Shown: positions 11,432 to 22,702 of the stretch, one piece after another
How the letters are laid out: every line of letters starts with the position of its first letter
Numbering within the stretch: position 1 is the first letter of the stretch
Assembly: GCF_006345805.1 (NCBI RefSeq)
Contig: NW_021834631.1
Location: 1-46,550, forward strand
DNA: 46,550 nt
Direction of reading: 5' to 3'
Origin: Octopus sinensis
Taxonomy: Eukaryota
Translations under genes and position numbers: made by a program
Notes under the pieces: model-generated
The model's input: only the letters and a program-made list of their open reading frames with translations
What the model was told of the DNA's origin: nothing
Database searches by the model: none

Positions 11432-11599
11432 TATATTTATAATTATATATATAATTATATCAAAGAGTTCGGAACAACCTCTCCACACGCTAGATATAAA
11501 CGCCAAATGGCACTAAAAACCACCTCACATCTTCTATAGCTATAGGAGAGGTTTTCTTCCTATCCCTTTGATATAATTATATATATAATTATAAATATA
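11432..11599. mobile_element. Foldback / MITE-like element in TA-rich context
   Basis: Perfect 34-bp inverted repeats (11432-11465, 11566-11599), continuing inward imperfectly (ggaacaacctctcc / ggagaggttttcttcc). Confidence 0.72.
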
Positions 11600-11638
<39 letters not shown>

Positions 11639-12193
11639 TATATATAAGCATTTTGCTCGCTGTGCTCACGATTTTGCTAGCTTGGCCCCTTACTTAGCAG
11701 AAATATTAATCTACTGTCCAGATTTCAAAGTGAAAAATGTTATAAATAAGCAAAGACTTCGCTTTTATGTTTGTTTTGCAAAATTCTTGATGTGTTGAAT
11801 TTGATATTGTTGTATTTTGGGAGAGTGATACTCCCAATAAAAACAAAAAAAAAAACATACGCACTGATTATGTTTCACTTCAGTTTCATTACATTGCTGT
11901 TCAATAACTAATTAACTGTTTTAATTGTTAGTCTAATTCTCTGTCAAAGTCCTTTCGTCACAGTCTGCGAACTTATCAATGACTATGTGCCTCTCAAGTA
12001 TCACTTGCATGTTTACTGTTCGCCTATCTGATCTTTTGATAAAATAGGGAGATAGTAAATCTCCCTTGTAATAATAACCATTACTTGTATATTTATATTT
12101 CTCTTGTATTAATAAAAAAAAAAATCACATTTAAGAATATTCCATGGCCACCGTGTTCAAATTGCTTTAAATGTTTTTGGTAGTATCTTGTAT

Positions 12194-12378
12194 ATCGTTA
12201 GCACGCCGGACAAAATGCTTTAGCGGCATTTCACCCGTCCTTGACTTCTCTAGTTCAAATTCCATCGAGATAGACTTTGCTTTCCACCCTTTTGGGGTTG
12301 ATAAAGTACCAGTTGAGCACTGAGGGATTCACCCGCTCTTCCGAAATTGTTGGCCATGTGCCAAAATTTGAAATCAAT
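12194..12378 (+). mobile_element. SINE-A, diverged, tail type A3
   Basis: atcgttagcacgccggacaaaatgc...agttcaaattcc...ttttggggttgataaagtaccagtt...ggccatgtgccaaaatttgaaatcaat. Confidence 0.85.
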
Positions 12379-12392
12379 ATTTTTACTTTCAC

Positions 12393-12524
12393 AAGGCGGT
12401 GAGCTGGCAGAATCGTTAAGTACGCCGCGCAAAATGCTTGTAGCACTTCCGTTCGTTTTTATGATCAGAGATCATATTCTGACGATGGCGTCTTTGCTTT
12501 CCATCCTTTCGGGGTCGATGAAAA
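12393..12524 (+). mobile_element. SINE-A, 3'-truncated
   Basis: aaggcggtgagctggcagaatcgttaagtacgccg...ccatcctttcggggtcgatgaaaa. Confidence 0.85.
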
Positions 12525-12704
12525 GGGCCGCAATTTTGAAGAGGCGGCGTAAGTCAACTTTCATCGACCACAGTACTCAGCTCCGAAAGCATGAAAGAGA
12601 AATTCGACCCCAGTGGAATTTTAATTCAGATCTTAAAGACTGGCAAAAAGACACCGCTAAGCGTTTTTCCCGGCGTGCTAACAACTCTACCAGCTCGCTG
12701 CCTT
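12525..12704 (-). mobile_element. SINE-A, minus strand, abutting the previous copy tail-to-tail
   Basis: Ends cggcgtgctaacaactctaccagctcgctgcctt, the reverse complement of the A head. Confidence 0.85.
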
Positions 12705-13489
12705 TGCGGAAGCAAAAAATATTGCCAGAACGTTGCTACTGTTCCCATCACAATTATTGATGTTCTCGCTTAGACACACCTTCCAATTGACATCACTCAG
12801 CTAAAAAATATTGGGTTTTGTGCTTTTTCATCGAACCACATTATATTATGAATGCATACAGAATAGAGAGTGTATATAAACAGTTACAAACGTTTACGGC
12901 TGTCCGGTGTATTTAACCTTAATTAATATACACAAAAAAAATGACAGCTTAAAAACTATAGGTTTATCATGAACTATGTCATAACATCAAACATTGTAAG
13001 ATCTCACATATGTAATATAGTGAGTTGTAAAAACTTCGATTAACTGTGATTATCTATACAATTGTGTAGACAAAAAACAAAACAAATGGAGCTTTTAAAA
13101 AAAAGCAAGCAAGAAAGATAACTCGAATAAGATCAATTAACTGAATATGTTATGTATAGGTTATTTGTTGAAGCCGACGAGAGTAACAAATAAGGTGGAA
13201 AGGATATTATTAAGAGAGGGTAAGAAGAAGAAGAAAAATAAACAAAAAATAAGTCTTTGTCAATGAATGATTGATTTCAGAAAGGAGGAATTGATTATCA
13301 TAATGTTTAATACTATGAAGAAAGTCAAATATGCCAATGGCATTTACTGCTATTTTTTAATATTTTTTTAATGTTTTTGGTTTCCACAACTCACTGTCTC
13401 CTTCAGCCTAACACACACACACACGCATGCACATATACAGAGAGACAAACAGAAAGACAGATAAATAGATAGATACATGCAAACATACA

Positions 13490-13520
13490 TACATTCATAA
13501 ACATATAATATAATATATAT

Positions 13521-13575
<55 letters not shown>

Positions 13576-13586
13576 GCATATATATA

Positions 13587-13625
<39 letters not shown>

Positions 13626-13638
13626 TAATATATACATA

Positions 13639-13704
<66 letters not shown>

Positions 13705-13706
13705 AA

Positions 13707-13740
<34 letters not shown>

Positions 13741-13745
13741 AGAGA
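13490..13745. repeat. (TA)n(GA)n compound microsatellite
   Basis: Direct tandem arrays with interruptions. Confidence 0.95.
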
Positions 13746-13913
13746 GATTGTTCAATGCCTTTTAGAAGAGTATATATAATATATATATAGCTATATATGT
13801 ATGTATTACTTTTTACTAAGAAAAGGTTGGTAGTAACTTCGAAGTTTACTCGTACTCGCTTCGCCTTCAACAGATTCACACACATACAAGCACATACACA
13901 AACGTACACACTC

Positions 13914-13953
<40 letters not shown>

Positions 13954-14435
13954 AATCATGGGAGCACTTTCTTGTGTGAGTAAGAATTGCACCTTCTTGT
14001 TTCATTTAAACCATGATTGTGTTTCGTTTCCCAGTTGGATAACCTCTCATCATGCATGGATCTCGGACTACTAACGAAGTTTCGGCGCTTTTAAAATTCA
14101 AACGATTTAAATTTCATAGTACTGCACGTCTGGTTGCACCAGGCAAGGACAAAAAAGGCAAGGATCACAACGGAATATTTCAGAGAGGAAGAAATAACAC
14201 AATAAAAAAAGACCTAGCTACCAATCCCTCTCTCTCCACCCCTCTCTCCTCCTCCTCTTTCTCTCTGTACACACACACACACACACACACATATAAATTA
14301 ACAGGCTGAGATAAAAGTGTTTGGGACTTTGAGTTAGTTTAACTCTTATCTTTAACTAAAATGGAGCTAGTCAGTACCGTCTGTCACTTTTGTGACTTCT
14401 ATTAATTCTGCCTTCATATATATATATATATATAT

Positions 14436-14474
<39 letters not shown>

Positions 14475-14533
14475 GTAGCAGACGTGGTCAAGCTCAAATC
14501 CCTCAATAGTTATTAACCAAATATCATAAAAAA

Positions 14534-14663
14534 TTAGCGGTTCGGCAAAAGAGACCGGACTGGACTTACAAAGAATAAGTCCCGGGGTCGATTTGCTCGA
14601 CTAAAGGCGGTGCTCTAGCATGGCCGCAGTCAAATGACTGAAACTAGTAAAAGAGTAAAAGAG
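14534..14663 (+). mobile_element. SINE-B 3' half
   Basis: ttagcggttcggcaaaagagaccg...aataagtcccggggtcgatttgctcgactaaaggcggtgctctagcatggccgcagtcaaatgactgaaac; homologous to 30492-30697 and 800-929. Confidence 0.82.
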
Positions 14664-15113
14664 TATATATACATGTATATATATATGCAATACATATATA
14701 TATATATATTTGATCATAGAAATACACATACAATCACACGTGTGTGTATGCTTATCTATATGATTGTCTTATGTTCTGGATCGATAACATGATATCAGGT
14801 GTTTCGGAAATTCTCGCTTTTTTTTTATTTTCAAATATGAACCTTGCGCATATACTAAGAAAAGAAGATATAATTTCACTTTTGTACATAAACGGCGTTT
14901 AGAAACGTTAATTATTTTTAACGGTTTCCATTTTCAATATGGATACCTGGCAACAGATTTTTAATAAAACATGGTGTTACATTCGTTTTAGAAGTTAACA
15001 ATGGTTATTTTATCGAATTCCTTGTACAAGTAGGGTGTGGAAATGTGTAACGAGCTAAAATAAAGAAAAAGATTAATGAATAAATAAAACAGAATATCAA
15101 CAAAGATCTATAC

Positions 15114-15352
15114 TGTTGTTATTGATTAGCCAAGGACAACACTGATCTAGCAGTTCAAGCATCAAAGACATTCCAGCTGTGACCACTCTGTTTCGCTGGT
15201 TAACCTTTTTTTTTTTACTCATGAGTATACAGGATTTACATAGGACTTCATCAACTGATATAGTTTTCCTTTACTAAATATGATAGTTGAATTTGGAAGG
15301 CGATTTGACTGCTATTCCAAGCAAAACAGGCGATCGCGTACAGGCCTCTCTC
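15114..15352 (-). mobile_element. Family D repeat, minus strand
   Basis: Reverse complement aligns to both ends of 8795-9008 (gaaatagcagtcaaatc; ctgctagatcag...gcta...aacaaca). Confidence 0.6.
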
Positions 15353-15491
15353 TTCCCACAAAAAATTAACAATAAAAGCATTTTTTAATGTTTTAATGAA
15401 TGCATAATGTATATATATATATATATTATTGAATACATATTATAAACGTATATACACACATACACACACATAAGTTTATATATATATATAT

Positions 15492-15652
15492 ACGACGGGC
15501 TTCTTCCAGTTTCCTTCTACCCAATCCATTCACAAAGCTTTGGTCGACCCGAGGCTATAGTACAAGACACGTGCCCAAGGTGCCACGCAGTGGGACTGAA
15601 CCCGGAACCATGAGATTGGTAAGCAAGCTTCTTGCCATGCAGCCACTCCTAT
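15492..15652 (-). mobile_element. SINE-B 5' half (tRNA-like head plus CORE-like segment)
   Basis: Minus strand: aggagtggctgcatggcaag...ccgggttcagtcccactgcgtggcaccttgggcacgtg; B-box-like ggttcagtccc; ccttgggca resembles the CORE-SINE domain. Homologous to 25488-25645 and 648-741. Confidence 0.88.
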
Positions 15653-15753
15653 GATATTCTTTCTTTATTCTTTTACTTGTTTCAATCTTCTGATTTTTTT
15701 TTTTTCGTTTTCTAATTTGTTTCTTCGTTGAATTGACTATATATATATATATA

Positions 15754-15887
15754 CCGGTGTAAGCACATAAATGTGAAACACGGTAGAAAAAGAATATTCG
15801 AATACCAGAGGTAGAGTAATATGCTTTATTTAAAAGCAGCAGAAATATAATAAAATGTTACTCGGAGTGTCTGCTGCTTTTATTAAA

Positions 15888-15888
<1 letters not shown>
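15754..15888. mobile_element. Short element between two (TA)n tracts, with internal ~19-bp inverted repeat
   Basis: ctttatttaaaagcagcaga (15824-15843) versus tctgctgcttttattaaag (15870-15888); (TA)n on both sides. Confidence 0.5.
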
Positions 15889-15925
<37 letters not shown>

Positions 15926-15939
15926 TATATATATATTAT

Positions 15940-15985
<46 letters not shown>

Positions 15986-16179
15986 GAGAGAGAGAGCGAG
16001 AATAAGATGGTTGTAAGTCACTGAGGATCTAAATCAATAGGTACGTTTCGTAAGTCCTGTAATTGGTTATCCATTAGGATCCAAGTTCATGACCGTGACT
16101 GGAGCCAGGGATCCGTAGCAGGCTTCCGAGTCATCGGGTATAAATTAAAGGAAGAGGAAAACAAGATCAAGGCCTGACA

Positions 16180-16301
16180 AGATCATTTACAAATATTTTA
16201 ATTAATGTAAAGGAAAGGCATAAGTAAATGTCTTACAGCCGTAAGACAATTATTTACTTGTACTTTTCCTTTACATTAACTAAAATATGTTTTAATGATC
16301 T
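16180..16301. other. 122-nt near-perfect inverted repeat (long hairpin)
   Basis: Arms ~59 nt, loop agcc (16237-16240); perfect blocks gtcttac/gtaagac, ttaatgtaaaggaaa/tttcctttacattaa (15 bp), atatttta/taaaatat, agatcatt/aatgatct. Confidence 0.88.
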
Positions 16302-16311
16302 GATAAATTTG

Positions 16312-16470
16312 TCCACGAGATCGTGAGTTCAATTCCTAGACCGGGTAGTGCGTTGTGTTCTTGAGTAAAGCTCTCCTTCTCACGTTATTCTGCGATCTCT
16401 TCTGCACTTGGCGCATGGCATACCGTGCACCTGATCAGGCAACGTCAATTTGCTGGAAGGAGTGAGCAAT
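16312..16470 (+). mobile_element. tRNA-derived SINE family F fragment
   Basis: B-box gagttcaattcc followed by gcgttgtgttcttgagtaaag; same head on the minus strand at 16860-16992. Confidence 0.6.
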
Positions 16471-16479
16471 ATATCTTCT

Positions 16480-16482
<3 letters not shown>

Positions 16483-16520
<38 letters not shown>

Positions 16521-16536
16521 CAGGGGATGATAATGG

Positions 16537-16622
<86 letters not shown>

Positions 16623-16645
16623 GATAGATAGATAGATAGATAGAT
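16483..16645. repeat. (GA)n and (GATA)n microsatellites
   Basis: Direct tandem arrays. Confidence 0.96.
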
Positions 16646-16859
16646 TTATGTTAATTTTAATTAAGATCATATTTTCCCAGAAGCTTAATTTCATATGTAC
16701 AGTATGTAATAAAATAATTCATAGCCCTCACTCTGGGGTAGATATCTCTTGGTAACATGTGCTATACTTTTGCACGTTAATTTAGGTACCTATGCACTGG
16801 CAAGCTGTCATTAACGCTTTGTCGACCCTCCCATCGCTTTAACTTAGCGGAACGTCAAG

Positions 16860-16992
16860 AACATGACGGCTTGTGGGAAAGTGGACTACGTCTGTACTTG
16901 GTTAGCAGTTATATTCTGGAGTGAAGCAACGTGCAAAGAAGTGCCTTGCTCGAGAAGACAATGCGCTATTTGGTGTAGGAATCGAACAAATG
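16860..16992 (-). mobile_element. SINE family F fragment, minus strand
   Basis: Reverse complement: ttcgattcctacacc...gcgcattgtcttctcgagcaaggcacttctttgcacgttgc. Confidence 0.6.
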
Positions 16993-17493
16993 GCCCCATT
17001 ATTGTGAACTCAACTTGCCTTCTCACAGTATATATTTACACAATATATTATGATCGATTTGATCTTCGATCGTCGGTCATTAGGCGTTTTATTGCCAGAT
17101 GTGTACATAGAACCAACGTAAATTTAAAATAGAAACATTTATTGCTGAATAAACAGTGATGCCAAACTGACTCTCTTGGCCACTAGCGTTTGTGCATTTC
17201 AAAGAAGATAGAAATGGCCGCGTTGCTGAGTGGCTGAATAACCGATTGTCCGAATGGTCAAATGGCCGAACGAATTCAATGAGAGATCGTCTGCTTCTAA
17301 TACACAAACGCTGTATTCTATAATGTATCAGGAAACATAACTGTCTGGGTGATCTCTACGAAAGTTATCTACCAAAGATCGGCGCTCCCTATTCGAAAGA
17401 GAGATTTAAGTTGCAACTTTTGAACGCCCTTAAAGAACATCTATGCCCTAAAAAGTCTTCGTAGTTGAAAATCCATTTACATTATCAAACATA

Positions 17494-17505
17494 TCTATCT
17501 ATCCG

Positions 17506-17597
<92 letters not shown>

Positions 17598-17865
17598 CCC
17601 AGCTAGCTATCTATCTTTACTCTCACTCTCTCTCTCACTCTCTCTCAATATATAAATATATATGCATATGTATGTGTGTGTGTATACATATATACGTATA
17701 AGCATAAAATTATGTGATGTGTATATATATATATATATATATAATATATATATATATATATAATATGTATATATATATATGTATATATATATATGAATAA
17801 TATATATACATATATATATATATAAATATATACATACATACATATATATATGTGTGTGTGTATAT

Positions 17866-17898
<33 letters not shown>

Positions 17899-18017
17899 GT
17901 ATATGTATATATTAATATATATAGATATACATATATATTAAATATATACTATCATATATATATGGAATAATGAATATATAATATATATATGATATATATA
18001 TATATCTATATATATTC

Positions 18018-18111
<94 letters not shown>

Positions 18112-18115
18112 TATG
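17494..18115. repeat. (TATC)n followed by a long degenerate (TA)n field
   Basis: Direct tandem arrays. Confidence 0.93.
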
Positions 18116-19173
18116 AATGAAGTGAAAGGCGATTAGTCCTATAAAGAAGCGATATAAAAATAACTTTCTATCTGTAATAGTGCGTAGGGATCATGAAAAT
18201 TCGTTGCCTCCGTATCGATTGCAAGTTGAAGTTCGTATTGACAACAAGAAACATTTCCACCAGCTGTCACCTACAATCTACATCTAGTTTGTTCTCTCTT
18301 AGCTTCTTTCTAACTGTCTCTATTTTCTTCCTTCCTTCCTTCCTTCCTTACTCGTTTTCTTTATCTTTATTCTCTTTTTTTTTCTATTTTGTTTTGTGTG
18401 TTTTGTACATGGTACCAGCTGTTTACATCGTTCATTTGGGGTGTAACTTGTTTTTAACTTCATATTGATCTTATTTTCGCACTTCCAGAGCGATTTTCTT
18501 TCCAACAAACAAATACTATTAAAATGTAGCCTAACATTCATTTTACACTATTTCACAGGTTGTTGTTATCACCACTAGAGCAAGACAAACGAATGGATAT
18601 CAAATTAGATAAAACAGAAATAGTCAAACAAATATAAAAGCAACAAAAACAAGCATATTCGATTACGGAAAATAAAGATAAAACACACACAAAAAAAATA
18701 TATGATATAAATATAAAATAAAATTAAGGATTGTCAATTCGTTTAGTTACCATAAACTAAGCATGCGTTTCATTTTACGAGTTAAAGCTTATGAAAATGC
18801 CGATTCAATCAACTGCATATAATACAAGCCTTACATTTAGGAAATATTTTAATTTAAATATAACCAGGCGCAACGTAGAAGCAAATCAATCATTTGTATT
18901 GATTTCGCTCATTTTTAAAAGCGAATGCGATATTGGTTTCGTTTGACAAGGCATAGAATACGTATGTGTTTTAGATTAAAAAAGTGGGTGATGGAAAAAT
19001 GAGATGTTGTGGTGGTCATGTCTTTCCCAAGTCTATTTGGTGGGGTTAAGAAAAACAGAATTACGAGATTTTGACGTCTGGTCACCGACATTTCTTTAGA
19101 AAGACCGGCAATGTATTAAACAATAATTAACTCTTGTATGATTAAATGATTTAAGGGAAGAGAAGAAGAAATT

Positions 19174-19265
19174 GGACCTCTACGTGGTCGCCCAATCTGC
19201 TCAAAATAGCAACCAAATTTCTCTCAAATTACACTGTCCCTAAGGCAAACAAGGATACGTTGGAC
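19174..19265 (+). mobile_element. Family D 5' fragment
   Basis: ggacctctacgtggtcgcccaatctgctcaaaatagcaaccaaatttctctcaaattacac matches 8795-8855. Confidence 0.55.
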
Positions 19266-19324
19266 ATTTGGATTCAAGCACTTTGTATTAGTGCTCCACC
19301 GATTCCGCCCTCTACTTATCTAGA

Positions 19325-19556
19325 AATGGCTTCTGATTTAGGCACTTTGCCAGTAATTTTAAAGGGTGAGGATTAGTCGATATCGATACCAGAACAAAAC
19401 ACCAGTTAATTATTCCGGCACTATACTGGTTCTTTATTTTATCGATACCACAAAGTTGAAATGCAAAGTTGACTTTGTCGGGATTTGAACTCAGAATGTA
19501 AAGTGCAGGAACAAATACTGCAAAGCCTTCTCTCTTGTAATTCTGCTTGTTCACTG
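19325..19556 (-). mobile_element. SINE-A, old, minus strand
   Basis: ttagtcgat...actggttctttattttatcga...gcaaagttgactttgtcgggatttgaactcagaatgtaa is the reversed A body. Confidence 0.72.
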
Positions 19557-19561
19557 CATTA

Positions 19562-19773
19562 AATTGTTTCCAAATTTATGGACAAAGCCAGCAATTTTTG
19601 AGAGAATTGGGTTAGTCGACACTATTGACTCAGTACTTAAATGGTACGTAATTATATGAAAACTGCAGGGATGAAAAGCGAAGTTGGCCTTAGTGAGACT
19701 TGAACTCATAACGTAAACACCGAAACAAACATAGCGAAACATTTTCCAAAGGCAACGGTTCTACCATTTCTCC
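19562..19773 (-). mobile_element. SINE-A, old, minus strand
   Basis: ttagtcgacactattgactcagtac...ggatgaaaagcgaagttggcc...ttgaactcataacgtaa...ggttctacc. Confidence 0.68.
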
Positions 19774-19788
19774 GTTCTTCTACTGAGA

Positions 19789-19918
19789 GTGTGACTTGGT
19801 AGAAACGTTGGAACGTCAGGAAAATATGCTTTCTAGCATTTAGTTATATACCTTTTGGTTCTGCATTCAAATCTCGCAGAAGTCAACTTTAGTTTTTATT
19901 CTTCTTGGGTTGATAACT
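19789..19918 (+). mobile_element. SINE-A, old, 3'-truncated
   Basis: ttggtagaaacgttgg...gttctgcattcaaatctcgcagaagtcaacttt...gggttgataa. Confidence 0.6.
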
Positions 19919-19974
19919 TAAGGAAGGGAGGAAGGAAGGAGGGAAGGAATGAAGAAAGGAACTTCTACCCCGGC

Positions 19975-20116
19975 TCTCTCAACCGCTTTTAAAATAGTAG
20001 TTACATTTGAGAAATATGGCCTAAGATTACCAAAACTAGAAACTAGAAGGTTTAATCGGAAATACCTTAAAGCGTAGGTCTCTTTGATCAGGGCTAAGTT
20101 GAGGCTAAATCATAAC
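19975..20116 (+). mobile_element. Family D 3' fragment
   Basis: ggaaataccttaaagcgtaggtctctttgatcagggctaagttgaggctaaatcataac resembles 8925-9008. Confidence 0.45.
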
Positions 20117-21434
20117 TCTACCGGGAAATTTTTCTTAATAAGAATTAATGGTCTTCAGCTGCAGTTTCAAATATGTGGGAAAATTATTGACTTACTTTAG
20201 TAAATTTTAGTCACCTTATTCTCCCTTACTCTTTTCAATATCGAAATACTTTCATCTTGATTTGAACCGGCTGCTATTATTTTGAAATAGGATAGTTTTC
20301 GGATAGTTTTCACATATGTCCGCTCCTCTTGTACTATTACCTAACCTTATCAGAAACCCTTCCTAATACACAAGAAATCAAACGCTATCCTTCACAAGTT
20401 ACATGTAAAAATGCCATACAAATCAAACTAAATCGTTAGATTCACATACACACACGCACGTTGCTTTCATTAACACTACATTGCTGAAATAACCTCAACT
20501 CTTCTACAATATTCACATTACACACATATGATACGACAGATACCAAACTTAAGAACATCCAAAGATACTCTATTTGCCTAACGTACGCATACATACATAA
20601 AATAAATCTCACCTACAAATCATATATTAGATTCATCATGAATTAAGGTAATCTTATCTGGGTACCCTTTACTTCCAAAGCAAGCAATAAAGAGTACCAT
20701 TTGTAAACTTGAGCTTGCAGACAGACAACAATCGCCTACACATTAAAAGCAAAATAGCTCAAATTTAAGACCCCTCGGACATACTTCGGTCACAGGATGT
20801 TGTCAGAACAAGCTGTAACCAGTACCGTTCTTTCCATTACTTATTTAATCAACTTCAAAATGGCCAGACACTTCTACAATATCCCAGGGCATTACTACAA
20901 TACTATCCATAGATTGCACACGCTCTCTTTCACTCACACACACATGCAGACACACACAAACACACACACATGTACACAAGTACGTACATACATACATACA
21001 TATATACATACATACGATTGAAGCAAACACAAAAAGCATCTAGATACGAAAATAGCAACGGCATTTATAACGTCATTTGGCTGCGAGCCAAAAAAAAATT
21101 ATGTTGGCATATGTTCAGAAGGACAGCAACTGTCCGTCTTCGACCAAGTTTACTTTGCCCACCTCTGCTATGGTCATCAATAGAACCTAAAAAGCACACA
21201 GGAACAAACTGGACAGTAGATGGAATATAAAAAGGTTCGGGGTTTCACATTACATTCTATGTCATAAACCACTGCATGCTGGCAGAATACACTGGGGTTC
21301 TTAACTTGGCGAAAATACGGTTCTGTCAAACACTGGATCTTCGAACCGCACCCATTCTTTCGATCGAATAACCATGTACCGTACCTTCAGCCAGATCCGG
21401 CCGATGGTACACAGCAATAACATCAGCCATCTCG

Positions 21435-21504
<70 letters not shown>

Positions 21505-22180
21505 ATCTATCTATCTATCTATCTATTTATCTATCTCATCTCATCCTCTCATTCGTCTTCTACACTGTTTATCGTCATATAAGTAAAACAGAATTTTGCA
21601 CCACGGTTCGAGCCATCTGTTTGCGACATTGATACGAAACGATCTCATAAACACGAAATCTGAAGCAGATCGATATATCGCCACCGTCACTACTCCGCCA
21701 CTGCGAAAATATTCCAGGGAATTCGCATACTCCTGTTTGCATCAGTCCGTGTGTCTGTTCCGAGTAAGGGGTGGTAACGGGGAAAAAAAGAAAGAGAGAG
21801 AGACAGAGATAAAGAAATGAAGAGAGAGAGAGAGAGAGATAGAGACAGTTAGAGGTAGAGAGAAATGAATAAGAACAGAGACACGGGGCAAGGGATGGAA
21901 GGTGGGGAGAGCTGTTCCTTTTATGATCACGACTGATTGTATGAATGTTTTTGTTATTTGATTGGCTCTTCTATATTATTTCTTATGTATGAGTGTGTGA
22001 TAAATCGCGTATTGTATACATATATGTATATGTTTGTGCTTGGGTATAAGTTGTCTAATATTGTTTTCTGTTACTACTATTGCTATTGTTGGTGTATACT
22101 GATTGTTCATAGCACTGTCTTACAGAATATATACACATACATATATATCTATATATCTTCTATCTATATATATATATATA

Positions 22181-22215
<35 letters not shown>

Positions 22216-22439
22216 ATACATGGCGGGGGCGGGGGTCTTGTATATTAACTCCTGCATAGTGATGTGCTGATATGTGCTGCATAAGAGATTTGGCCATTGT
22301 TTTCTTTTTGTTTATTTTGCTTGTTTGTTTTTGTTGTTTTATTTCTTTCATTGCAGCTGCTTCCAGTTCAGTGATAATGGGTAGTATTCTATATTCATAT
22401 ATACCATATATGTATTATATATATATATATATATATATA

Positions 22440-22486
<47 letters not shown>

Positions 22487-22551
22487 TGTATGTATTTATT
22501 ATATATACATATATATATAAATATCTATCTATCTATAATATAATATAATAT

Positions 22552-22590
<39 letters not shown>

Positions 22591-22660
22591 TATGTATGTA
22601 TATGATAGATATAGATATAAATATAGATATCAGTAATGTGATTAGTAAAAAGTACGTTTC

Positions 22661-22702
<42 letters not shown>

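Noticed and set aside
12347-12773. 137-aa ORF with ordinary-looking composition
   Set aside because: It lies entirely across three SINE-A copies; a chance read-through.
16040-16140. acgtttcg motif near (TA)n/(GA)n suggesting another hammerhead end
   Set aside because: No CUGANGA at a suitable distance and no helix III loop.
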